This document shows, one piece after another, positions 10,448 through 20,143 of a DNA stretch of 64,000 nt. The notes under the pieces are model-generated. The model saw only the letters and a list, made by a program, of their open reading frames with translations. It had not been told where the DNA came from and did no database searches. This DNA comes from Bacteroidales bacterium (GTDB lineage Bacteria > Bacteroidota > Bacteroidia > Bacteroidales > VadinHA17), in the NCBI GenBank assembly GCA_003141895.1, contig PLNT01000018.1, positions 85,647-149,646 on the forward strand, in the 5' to 3' direction. Position 1 is the first letter of the stretch. Each line of letters starts with the position of its first letter. A program made the position numbers and the translations under genes.

Positions 10448-10635
10448 GAGGTATAAGGTGTGAGGGAAGAAGTAACCTAAGATTGCTTAGAAATCTAAAT
10501 ATTTCGATTTCATTGAAAGGAATGCAACTAAATACAAAAAGCAACGTCTTTGAAAGATAATCTGTAACCCTTGTTCAATTGTAGCGTTATCATAACTGAA
10601 ACCAATTGATAAAAACTTTTTAAAATCATTCTAAC

Positions 10636-13284
10636 ATGAAATTTACTATCCTAAAAAGAAGCATACTCTTCCTGATATTGATTTTACTTATAACAAGCAG
10701 TTATTCACAGAAAGCTGATTCCACAATTGTAAAAAGGACCTATCAAACCGCCTTTACAAAGACAGAACCGGTAATTGACGGTCTGGGGAATGATGAGTGC
10801 TGGAATCTTGTTGACTGGACAAGCGATTTTATTCAGTCTCAGCCCGTTGAGAATAAACCTCCCTCCCAGCAGACAGCCTTTAAGATACTTTATGATAATG
10901 ATAACATTTATATGTTTGTTCGTTGTTATGATACTGAACCTGATAAGATAAGTAAAATCATGTCGCGTAGAGATAATTTCAGCGGAGATATGATCTTTGT
11001 GGAGTTCGACAGCCACTTCGACAAGCGGACAGATTACCTGTTCTCAGCTTCTGCTTCGGGAGCAAAAAGTGATGCAGCCATGTCAGATGATGGTAATAAC
11101 GAGGATGACAACTGGAATCCGATCTGGTATATGAAAACTTCGATTGATGATAAAGGCTGGTGTGCTGAAATGAAGATCCCCTTAAGTCAGCTTCGTTTTG
11201 ATAAGAACAGTACACAGACATGGGGAATTCAGTTAACGCGTGCTATTTACCGTTTGCAGGAACGCTCTCAATGGCAATACGTTCCAAAGGGATCTCCGGG
11301 TGTAATTCATTTATTCGGTGAATTACACGGAATAAATAACATAAAACCAAAACATCAGATCGAATTAATGCCTTATACAGTAGCCCGTACTGAAAGATTT
11401 CAAAAAATTGAAGGAGATCCTTTTAATACTGGCAAATTATCGAAGATATCTGCCGGACTTGATGGGAAAATTGGACTTTCCAATAACTTTACGCTTGACT
11501 TTACCATTAATCCTGATTTTGGACAGGTAGAAGCCGATCCCTCTGAGGTTAATCTTACAGCGTTTGAGTCATACTTTTCTGAAAAACGTCCTTTTTTTAT
11601 TGAAGGCCAGAACATTTACCAGTTTATGCCTGATCAGACAATAGTAATTCATAATATGTATGCCGATAATCTGTTTTATTCCCGCAGAATTGGAAGATAT
11701 CCTCAGTATTATCCCTCAGTTGGAGACGGCGTACATGTTAAAATGCCGGAATCCACAACAATTCTTGGTGCTATGAAGTTATCGGGAAAAACGAAGAAAG
11801 GACTTTCTGTTGGTATTCTCGAAAGCCTGACATCGAGTGAATCCGCTTTGATTGACAGTGCGGGAATAAGAAGAAAAGAGACTGTTGAACCTCTCACAAA
11901 TTATTTTGTGGGGAGAGTTCAGCAGGACTTCAACAAAGGGCAGACTATTCTGGGTGCCATTTTTACTTCGGTAAACAGAGATATAAAATCAACAAATCTC
12001 GATTTTCTTCACTCTGCAGCATATACTGCCGGAATTGACTTTCAGCATAACTGGAAAGATAGAACCTGGTATTTATCAGGAAATGCGGAATTCAGTGATG
12101 TCAAAGGGTCCACTCAATCAATAATTGAAACTCAAACATCGTCTGCCAGGTATTTTCAGAGGCCAGACGCCAAATATCTTTCAGTTGATTCAACCCTCAC
12201 TTCACTCCCTGGTTATGGAGGTACGGTGAAATTCGGAAAAACAAGCAAAAAAAGATTACAGTTTGAAACATGTGTAATCGTGCGATCACCCGGACTTGAA
12301 TTCAACGATATTGGATATATGAGATACTCAGATGTAATTTACCAGGGCAACTGGATGGGTTATTATCTGCGAAATCCATTCTGGATATTCAATAATTTGT
12401 ATCTTAATACAAATTACTGGATGTACTTTAACTTTGGAGGCCAACTATTGTCAAGAAACTACAATACTAATTTTAGTGCCCAGTTCAAAAATAAATGGCA
12501 GATCAATGGACAGTTCAACAGACAAAGTGAAAATATTTCTACAACATTATTACGTGGCGGCCCTTCAATTATTATCCCCGGAAACCAGAGTTTTAATTTG
12601 AACCTCAATACTGACCACTCCAAAAAACTCTCCTTCAATTTGGGCAACTATCATGGTTTCGGCAATGCATTGAGCTACAGAGCGCATGAATACTGGGCCG
12701 GAATTTATTACAGACCATTGAACTCTGTTTCAATTTCTTTTGAACCTGATTACAGCATACAGAACACTGAACTGCAATATGTCAGTACAACTGGCTCCGG
12801 CACGAATCCTATCTACCTGTTTGGTAAATTAAATCAGAGCACTTTGTATTTTACCTTCAGAGTAAACTATACGATTAATCCCGAGTTAAGTGTTGAGTAT
12901 TATGGTCAACCTTTTATTTCGGCAGGAAAGTATTCTGCATTTAAGAAAATAACTGTGCCGGATGCTGATAAATTCAAACAAAGGTTTTATGAATTTACTC
13001 CTGGCGAACTCACTTACGATCCATCAAGCAGTACATATAATGTTAATGACGGAGAAGCTTATTCCTTTGGGAATCCCGATTTTAATTTCAGACAGTTTCG
13101 TTCAAATCTTGTCGTAAGATGGGAATATTTGCCCGGATCAACTTTATACCTGGTTTGGTCACAAGGCAGGACAAGTACTGATTCAAATGGCATGTTTTCT
13201 TACGGAAACGATATGAAAGATCTGTTTAAGATAACAGGACATAATGTATTCCTTATAAAACTGTCATATTGGTTTGCATTATAA
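10636..13284 (+). CDS. large secreted protein, CBM9-like N-terminal domain with DUF5916-like C-terminal region
   Basis: 882 aa with a signal peptide. N-terminal region resembles family-9 carbohydrate-binding modules. The aromatic-rich C-terminal beta-region ends in ...LSYWFAL. Family assignment is from memory only. Confidence 0.5.
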   Translation: MKFTILKRSILFLILILLITSSYSQKADSTIVKRTYQTAFTKTEPVIDGLGNDECWNLVDWTSDFIQSQPVENKPPSQQTAFKILYDNDNIYMFVRCYDTEPDKISKIMSRRDNFSGDMIFVEFDSHFDKRTDYLFSASASGAKSDAAMSDDGNNEDDNWNPIWYMKTSIDDKGWCAEMKIPLSQLRFDKNSTQTWGIQLTRAIYRLQERSQWQYVPKGSPGVIHLFGELHGINNIKPKHQIELMPYTVARTERFQKIEGDPFNTGKLSKISAGLDGKIGLSNNFTLDFTINPDFGQVEADPSEVNLTAFESYFSEKRPFFIEGQNIYQFMPDQTIVIHNMYADNLFYSRRIGRYPQYYPSVGDGVHVKMPESTTILGAMKLSGKTKKGLSVGILESLTSSESALIDSAGIRRKETVEPLTNYFVGRVQQDFNKGQTILGAIFTSVNRDIKSTNLDFLHSAAYTAGIDFQHNWKDRTWYLSGNAEFSDVKGSTQSIIETQTSSARYFQRPDAKYLSVDSTLTSLPGYGGTVKFGKTSKKRLQFETCVIVRSPGLEFNDIGYMRYSDVIYQGNWMGYYLRNPFWIFNNLYLNTNYWMYFNFGGQLLSRNYNTNFSAQFKNKWQINGQFNRQSENISTTLLRGGPSIIIPGNQSFNLNLNTDHSKKLSFNLGNYHGFGNALSYRAHEYWAGIYYRPLNSVSISFEPDYSIQNTELQYVSTTGSGTNPIYLFGKLNQSTLYFTFRVNYTINPELSVEYYGQPFISAGKYSAFKKITVPDADKFKQRFYEFTPGELTYDPSSSTYNVNDGEAYSFGNPDFNFRQFRSNLVVRWEYLPGSTLYLVWSQGRTSTDSNGMFSYGNDMKDLFKITGHNVFLIKLSYWFAL

Positions 13285-13323
13285 AAGGCTCAAAGGCACA
13301 AAGATGTTGATTTTTATCCTTTC

Positions 13324-14166
13324 TTATTTGAGTATGAATGGGATACCTAATCTTTTATAATTATTTTCAGCAAGAGGATTATAACTTATGTGCTCAATGA
13401 GTATCCGGGCATCGATTCCATGAACAAACTTTTCACATGTATTTAGATTGTCCTCCGTATCAGTTATCCCAGGAATCATTGGGATTCTGACCAGAATATT
13501 CTTACCTGATTTAGCTATATATTCAAAGTTATCTTTGATGATATCGTTGGATTTACCTGTATAATGGATATGTTTAGACTTTTCAAAAATCTTCATGTCG
13601 ATAATGAAAAGATCCACATTATCTGATATACGATCGATAGTTTCTCTTTCACAAAACAGGCTTGTTTCAATTGCAGTATGAATATTTTTCCTTTTACAGG
13701 CTTTAAGAATCTCTGTTGCAAAACCAGGCTGATAAAGGGGTTCGCCTCCGGTTAAGGTAACACCACCCCTCGATTGTTTGTAATACAATATATCTTTTTC
13801 AATCTCAGATATAATATCGGTTACATTTATTGTTGACCCTGTAAATTGGATAGCCCCCGTCGGGCATATATTAACACAATCTCCTGATATAGTGCAAAGC
13901 GTCCGTTCAATATTTATATATGTCTCAGCATTTTGCTCAAGCTTTAATGCTGAATTCGGACAGCTCTGGACACATTTGCCACATGCTATACAAAGACTTT
14001 TGTCATGCCAGATTGAAATAGCTGAATTTATTCCTTCGGGACTATGACACCAGATACAGTTAAGAGGACAGCCTTTCAGAAATACAGAGGTACGTATTCC
14101 CGGTCCGTCATGGACTGAAAACCGTTTTATTTTAAAAATGGTTCCGGCGGTATCAGTTTTCTCCAT
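13324..14166 (-). CDS. glycyl-radical enzyme activating protein (radical SAM)
   Basis: CPLNCIWCHSPE (Cx3Cx2C) plus two ferredoxin-type motifs (CIACGKCVQSCP, CTISGDCVNICP). Overlaps the upstream GRE gene by 14 nt. Confidence 0.9.
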   Translation of the reverse strand: MEKTDTAGTIFKIKRFSVHDGPGIRTSVFLKGCPLNCIWCHSPEGINSAISIWHDKSLCIACGKCVQSCPNSALKLEQNAETYINIERTLCTISGDCVNICPTGAIQFTGSTINVTDIISEIEKDILYYKQSRGGVTLTGGEPLYQPGFATEILKACKRKNIHTAIETSLFCERETIDRISDNVDLFIIDMKIFEKSKHIHYTGKSNDIIKDNFEYIAKSGKNILVRIPMIPGITDTEDNLNTCEKFVHGIDARILIEHISYNPLAENNYKRLGIPFILK

Positions 14167-16519
14167 GTGTGGTCCTCTTGATTATCTCATCCTGCAAATC
14201 TTCAGCAAGTTCAGTAAAATACGCTGTATAACCGGCTACTCTTATTGTCAGACCTCTGTATGATTCAGGATCAGCCTTTGCCTTTATCAATTCATTGGCA
14301 GTAACAACATTGAACTGAACATGGTTAACAGGCAAGGCAACGAATGATTTTAAAAGTGATGTAAATATCTCCCTGTCAGCAGGAACATTAAATAGAGAAG
14401 GAAGGAATTTCATATTAAGAAGCGAACCGTTTGTTGCCAGGTCAGAATGAAGCCTGCTTACGGAATTTAGAACAGCCGTCGGCCCCAGCTTATCACGACC
14501 GTACATCGGCGACATTCCTCCATCTGCCAGGGGGGTACAGGCGAATCTTCCATCAGGGGTTGCCCCTACATTCTGTCCCATCGGGACATGTGCGGAAACG
14601 GTATAAAGTCCCATATGAAATCCTCCACCGCGGAAGTTCCAGTAATGTCTCAGTTTTCCTGCAAAATAGGCTACCCATTCTGCTCCAAGCTCATCTACCC
14701 AGGAAATGTCATTACCAAATTTTGGAATTCTGTTAATGCAATATTGCCTTAGTTGTTCATTGCCTTCAAAGTTTGTGCGCAAGGCATCAAGAAAAACTTC
14801 CTTCTTCACAGTTTTATCTTCAAAAACCATTTTCTTAATCACGGCCAAACTGTCTGCAATATTTGCGGCCTGAATAGCCTGGATCCCTGAGAGATTATAT
14901 TTAGCACCACCTGTTGTAACGTCTCTGCCATTTCCCAGACAGTCATCAACAACGCTCGAAAGAAATGCTGATGGCAGATGCATCTGATGGCATTTTTCAA
15001 CGACATCACAAGCCAGGATCATTTTGTCAATGAAAAAGTCAATCTGTTTCCGGTATGCTTTTTCGAATGCTGGATAATCGATATAATTTTCAAGGGAACC
15101 TGTTTTCAGGCCAATCTGTTTACCTGAAATCATGCATTTCCCATCGTTAAGTGTAAGTTCCAGGACTTTCACGAGGTTAAACATTGCAGCGTCGCTCCAG
15201 CCAAGATAATTTCCCTGGGTACTGAGTTCAACACAACCAACCAATGCATAATCAATGCAATCGGTATAGTCGATACCAATAGTTTTTAATGCCGGAATAA
15301 TACTCTCATCATTTACAATCTGGGGCATTCCATTTCCCAAACCTATTACCCGGCTGCATTCCCCGATAAATTCGCCGGGTGAATTTTTGTGAAGACGGGC
15401 AGTCAGATTCGGTTGGGGCAGCCTTAAATGATCCTCTGTTTTAAGAATAAGATATGAAAGTTCATTTGTGGCATCGTTTTCACTTTGTGTTTGTCCGCCA
15501 ATTGTCACATTAAACCCTGTGGGAAAACCAGCAAAATATTTCGCGCTGTGGGTATTGCGCATATAAACAACCTGATTGAATTTAATAAATAATGCATCAA
15601 GCAATTCAATTGCTTTTTCATTATCAAGTCTGCCGGATTTAATATCTTTTTTATAAAATGGATAAAGATATTGATCCAACCTTCCGGGAGAGAATGATGA
15701 AGCATTTGATTCCATTTGAAGGATTACAAACAAAAACCAGATAGACTGGAGAGCTTCCCTGAAGGTTTCCGGAGGGTTGTCAGAAAGTTTATTGCATGTA
15801 TACCCGATGTCTTCAAGATTTGATTTAATCAAATCATCCTCCTGGTCCTTAGCCATATCATAGGCTAATATACTATACCTACGGATAAACCTGGATGCAG
15901 CTTCAAGTGTCGTACCAACACCTTTATAAAATATTTTTAAATCAGCAGAAGCGTCTGTAAGGTGATTATTAACTGTTTCAAGTAACCCTGATGGACCAAA
16001 TCTGAGCCAGTCTTCAACTTTTGGACAGATATGACCCTGGGCATGATCTTTCTGATTAATTTTTACAACCTTTTCAATAGCTGAAATTTCCTCTCCGTAT
16101 TGTTTGTAAATATCATCTTCAAGTGTTTTCCCACGCCAGAAAGGTTCAATCTTCTCTCTGAAACAAAATGCATCTTCTTTTCTTACCTGAAATGGGTCCT
16201 GAGGTCTTTTTGGCAATGTACCAATTTCTTTTACCAGCCATTTAATGCCAGCTTCAGGGAACACTACACCTGCCCTGATGTCAGGAGTCCGGTTACCAAC
16301 AATAAGTTCTTCAGGATCAATAGCAATTGGCATTTCAGAAAGAGATGCAGCTAATGCTTTTGCACGTATTAAAATTACAGGGAGATTTTCATTTTCCTGA
16401 TATATACGGGTTATTATTTTAGCCTGGTCAATTGATAGATATCTTTGGGAAGTCAGAGTCTTATTTCTGAGGGAAAGTATTCTTGCAGTGGGTTTAAGAT
16501 ATAGAATTTCAGGTACCAT
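14153..16519 (-). CDS. glycyl radical enzyme, PFL2/glycerol-dehydratase-like (eliminase class)
   Basis: 788 aa. C-terminal glycine-radical motif RVAGYTAYF. Active-site loop VGCVELS has a single Cys with Glu at +2, not the Cys-Cys of pyruvate formate-lyase. Confidence 0.9.
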   Translation of the reverse strand: MVPEILYLKPTARILSLRNKTLTSQRYLSIDQAKIITRIYQENENLPVILIRAKALAASLSEMPIAIDPEELIVGNRTPDIRAGVVFPEAGIKWLVKEIGTLPKRPQDPFQVRKEDAFCFREKIEPFWRGKTLEDDIYKQYGEEISAIEKVVKINQKDHAQGHICPKVEDWLRFGPSGLLETVNNHLTDASADLKIFYKGVGTTLEAASRFIRRYSILAYDMAKDQEDDLIKSNLEDIGYTCNKLSDNPPETFREALQSIWFLFVILQMESNASSFSPGRLDQYLYPFYKKDIKSGRLDNEKAIELLDALFIKFNQVVYMRNTHSAKYFAGFPTGFNVTIGGQTQSENDATNELSYLILKTEDHLRLPQPNLTARLHKNSPGEFIGECSRVIGLGNGMPQIVNDESIIPALKTIGIDYTDCIDYALVGCVELSTQGNYLGWSDAAMFNLVKVLELTLNDGKCMISGKQIGLKTGSLENYIDYPAFEKAYRKQIDFFIDKMILACDVVEKCHQMHLPSAFLSSVVDDCLGNGRDVTTGGAKYNLSGIQAIQAANIADSLAVIKKMVFEDKTVKKEVFLDALRTNFEGNEQLRQYCINRIPKFGNDISWVDELGAEWVAYFAGKLRHYWNFRGGGFHMGLYTVSAHVPMGQNVGATPDGRFACTPLADGGMSPMYGRDKLGPTAVLNSVSRLHSDLATNGSLLNMKFLPSLFNVPADREIFTSLLKSFVALPVNHVQFNVVTANELIKAKADPESYRGLTIRVAGYTAYFTELAEDLQDEIIKRTTHGEN

Positions 16520-16712
16520 TCATTTACAAATCTGAATTGCCTAAATTAGAAAAAAAAATCCATTAACCACACCCTTCGGAAAGCTCAGGGTGAGGCAGTG
16601 CTATTAATATGAATATTGCATTAAATTAAAGATGAGAGTGAAAAAGACAAAAGTAAAGAATGGATAATTTAAATTTCTGATTAATTTTAGGTGATGTTAG
16701 TCAAACACTGAA

Positions 16713-17711
16713 ATGAGATACTTATTATTAATCCTGATCTTTTCTATTACCTATATTCTTATTGGCTGTCAGAAGTTAAAGATGAACATTCCCGACATTG
16801 GCAGTAAACTGGCAATTAATGGAATGATATCCTCAGATGATTTCCTTAGTCTTAGAATAACTAAAAGCGCTTATATAACAGATCTACCTATCGGAACCGG
16901 AGATGATTACTCAACTTATGATCTGGATAGCGCAGAGGTTTTAGTATATAACAATGAGAGCTGTATTGATACATTGTATCATTATGATCATGCTGAACCA
17001 GATTTTATGGATTGGTGGGATGTATTTCCAAAATCAAATTATACTTCACATAAACTAAAACCTACACCCGGGAAAGAATATAGAATTATCGTTAATTATC
17101 CGCGGCTACCAGAGGCTAGCTCAATCACTGCAATTCCTGATCTGGTTAAAATTGAAAACATCGATTCATCTCGTATTACTCTTGCTCCCGGGTCATACTA
17201 TGATAACAATATTGGATTTAAGTGTAAAATTAAGTTTTCAGATCCTGGAAATGAAAGCAATTTTTACCTGTTCAGGATGCACATGTATACTTATTACGAC
17301 CCTTATTCTGGAGATTATGTTCCGTACCAATCTGAAGATGTATGGTTTACCTCGGATGATCCGATTATTGAAGAAAAAATCGATCATGTCAATGGTACTG
17401 AAGCTCTTCTGTTCAGTGATAAATTGATCAATGGCAAATCGTATAGTCTTGATGTCGTTATTAAAGGTGAGTTTATAGGAAATCCATTTGTACCAGGTAA
17501 TTATAGTTCATATACGGTACACAGAAAAGCAATTTATTTTAAACTTTATTCGATAACAAAAGAATATTTCCAATATCTGCAAACCCTGAAACAATACAGT
17601 AAAAATTATGGAAATCCATTGGCTGACCCCATATTAGTTAATTCGAATGTTATAGGGGGTTATGGTATGTTTTCAGGTGCTGCGGTATCAACCGATTCTA
17701 TCGTTTTTTAA
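16713..17711 (+). CDS. DUF4249-like lipoprotein
   Basis: Lipobox ILIGC. Size and position beside a TonB-dependent receptor are typical of DUF4249 in Bacteroidota. Family assignment is from memory. Confidence 0.55.
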   Translation: MRYLLLILIFSITYILIGCQKLKMNIPDIGSKLAINGMISSDDFLSLRITKSAYITDLPIGTGDDYSTYDLDSAEVLVYNNESCIDTLYHYDHAEPDFMDWWDVFPKSNYTSHKLKPTPGKEYRIIVNYPRLPEASSITAIPDLVKIENIDSSRITLAPGSYYDNNIGFKCKIKFSDPGNESNFYLFRMHMYTYYDPYSGDYVPYQSEDVWFTSDDPIIEEKIDHVNGTEALLFSDKLINGKSYSLDVVIKGEFIGNPFVPGNYSSYTVHRKAIYFKLYSITKEYFQYLQTLKQYSKNYGNPLADPILVNSNVIGGYGMFSGAAVSTDSIVF

Positions 17712-17729
17712 TATTAAGAATTGAAAAGG

Positions 17730-20069
17730 ATGCTAAGATTTAGAGTTTTAATATTGTTTCTTTTAATTTTTCAGGCTGCACATTCTCAAAGTCATACTAT
17801 TTCAGGATATGTTGAAGATATTAATACCGGTGAACGCATAATCGGAGCTTATGTAATTGACAGTATAAGTAATAGTGTAACCCAGACCAATAATTTCGGT
17901 TTTTTTATTCTGCGGAAGATCAGTGTCAATTCATATATTCAGGCAAGATATATCGGATTGAGGTCTAAAATAATTCATTTGTCACTAGTTCTCGATACAT
18001 CGATTGTTATACAGATGCAACCCGTTTTGGAATTAAGTGAAGTGGTTGTCTCCTCTTCACAATATAAACATAATGTAAATACTCCGTTGGGATTAATCAC
18101 GATACCGGTAAAACTGCTGACATCAATACCGGCTTTAGGTGAATCAGACCTGCTTAAATCCATTCAGAGCCAGCCTGGTATAAAAGGAGGCGTTGAAGGT
18201 TCGGCAGGAATCTTTGTTCGTGGAGGTGGGGCTGGGGAAAACCTGTTTATGCTTGATGATGTACCAATGTATAATGTCAGTCATCTTTATGGATTCTTTT
18301 CTGCGTTTAACAGTAGTGCAATTAAAGACATTAAATTATTGAAAGGCTGTTTTCCGGCGCGATATGGAGGACGAGTATCATCTGTTATAGATGTAAGGAG
18401 CCTTGATGGCAACAACAAATCATTAAAAGGTGAAATCTCACTTGGAGTAATCTCATCAAAACTCACGCTGGAAGGTCCGTTGATTAATGCAAATACGACT
18501 TTCATTATTTCAGGACGGCGCTCCTATTTTGATTTGTATTCCGGGGCGCTGAGAAACACAGGAATACTGGACAAGAACTTTCCTGACTATTATTTTTATG
18601 ATCTGAATGCCAGGATTTCGCATACATTCTCACAGAAAGATAAGATATTTCTGAGTTTTTATAAAGGCAAGGATAAGATAAAGTCGAAAGATGAAAATAC
18701 TTCAAATGAAGAATCTGAAGAGTTTTCTGAGAACAGAAATGAGACCTCCGGATGGGGTAATCTCATAGCATCAATTCGGTGGAATCACACTTTTGGGAAT
18801 AGTTTATTTGCAAATACTACAATTGCATTCAGCAAATATGATTTTTTCACATCTGATCAGTACAAAAGCAACCTTCCTGATTCTGTAATAAAAATGTACT
18901 CTGCAGATTACAAATCTGAAATTGTGGATTTTATAGTGAAAACTGATTTTGATTACTCCGTTTCTAACACTAACAAACTACTGTTTGGAACAGGGGTTAC
19001 TTTCCATTCATTCCATCCCGGGGAAAACCACTATAATATGATGGATAATGAATTGAATGTAAAAACGGATACTTCATTTTCTAATATTTTAATCCGTGCA
19101 GGTGAACCATTTTTTTATATTGAAGAGGAATTTACCATAGGTGAAAAACTAAATATCGACGCAGGATTAAGAGTTAGCGGACTAATCTCCGAAAACAGAA
19201 TACATGCTAATCCTGAACCACGTCTGACTGCTAATTATTCGATATCTCCGGATCTTGTCATTAAAACAGGTTATTCAAGAATGGTCCAGTATATGCACTT
19301 GTTAAACAGTTCCGGGCTAAGTTTACCTACAGATATATGGGTACCGGCTTTGAAGGGGTTACAGCCATTAAAGTCAGATCAAATAAATGCGGGATTAGCA
19401 TATGAGTTGAATAAAAAGTTTTTGATATCACTAGAAGTTTACAAAAAATGGCTTAGAAATACAACAGATTATCTAAATGGTTCATCATTATTTCTTGACC
19501 TCTCTCCCTGGTATGAAAAAACAACTCAGGGCCGTGGTGATTCAAAAGGATTGGAAATATCTGTCGAAAAACAGGAAGGCCGGTTAACGGGAAGTATCAA
19601 TTACACGCTGTCGAGGGCAACCAGAAAATACAATGATCTTAATTTTGGAAAAGAATTTCTCTTTAAATATGACCGGCTTCATGATTTGAATATTTCGGTT
19701 AATTTTAAGATTTCCGATAAATGGGATATCTCAGCAATATGGATATATGGAACAGGCTACTCTGTTACAGTTCCGGTTGAAAAGTATGCCCCTTCTTTGT
19801 GGATGTACACTCAGGCAGAAAATCCCTGGCTGATCTATTATTACCCGTCCATTAATAATTGCAGGTTACCTTCCTACCACCGTCTTGATCTGGGAGTTCA
19901 TTATAAAAAGAAGATTCGTTTGGGGGAACAGGCCCTAAGCTTCGATATTTTTAATGCTTACGATCGTAAAAATGCAGTGAGTGTTTATTATTGGGATGAT
20001 TATTCTTTCAAGTACAATTATTTATTGCCTATTATTCCTTCAATAACATACACTCTGAAATTCAAATAA
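17730..20069 (+). CDS. TonB-dependent receptor with CarboxypepD_reg-like N-terminal domain
   Basis: Signal peptide. ISGYVEDINTGERIIGAYV regulatory-domain signature. Plug region (IFVRGGGAGENLFMLDDVPMYN). Long beta-barrel ending TYTLKFK. An alternative TTG start lies at 17721. Confidence 0.8.
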   Translation: MLRFRVLILFLLIFQAAHSQSHTISGYVEDINTGERIIGAYVIDSISNSVTQTNNFGFFILRKISVNSYIQARYIGLRSKIIHLSLVLDTSIVIQMQPVLELSEVVVSSSQYKHNVNTPLGLITIPVKLLTSIPALGESDLLKSIQSQPGIKGGVEGSAGIFVRGGGAGENLFMLDDVPMYNVSHLYGFFSAFNSSAIKDIKLLKGCFPARYGGRVSSVIDVRSLDGNNKSLKGEISLGVISSKLTLEGPLINANTTFIISGRRSYFDLYSGALRNTGILDKNFPDYYFYDLNARISHTFSQKDKIFLSFYKGKDKIKSKDENTSNEESEEFSENRNETSGWGNLIASIRWNHTFGNSLFANTTIAFSKYDFFTSDQYKSNLPDSVIKMYSADYKSEIVDFIVKTDFDYSVSNTNKLLFGTGVTFHSFHPGENHYNMMDNELNVKTDTSFSNILIRAGEPFFYIEEEFTIGEKLNIDAGLRVSGLISENRIHANPEPRLTANYSISPDLVIKTGYSRMVQYMHLLNSSGLSLPTDIWVPALKGLQPLKSDQINAGLAYELNKKFLISLEVYKKWLRNTTDYLNGSSLFLDLSPWYEKTTQGRGDSKGLEISVEKQEGRLTGSINYTLSRATRKYNDLNFGKEFLFKYDRLHDLNISVNFKISDKWDISAIWIYGTGYSVTVPVEKYAPSLWMYTQAENPWLIYYYPSINNCRLPSYHRLDLGVHYKKKIRLGEQALSFDIFNAYDRKNAVSVYYWDDYSFKYNYLLPIIPSITYTLKFK

Positions 20070-20110
20070 ATCATCCCTGAGTACCTTCGGCTCTAAGTCT
20101 TCCTTTACGC

Positions 20111-20141
20111 CTTTATACCTTACACCTTTATACCTTTACAC
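20111..20141. repeat. 15/16-nt direct tandem repeat between convergent genes
   Basis: CTTTATACCTTACAC followed by CTTTATACCTTTACAC, immediately 3' of the asnB stop. Confidence 0.65.
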
Positions 20142-20143
20142 TT

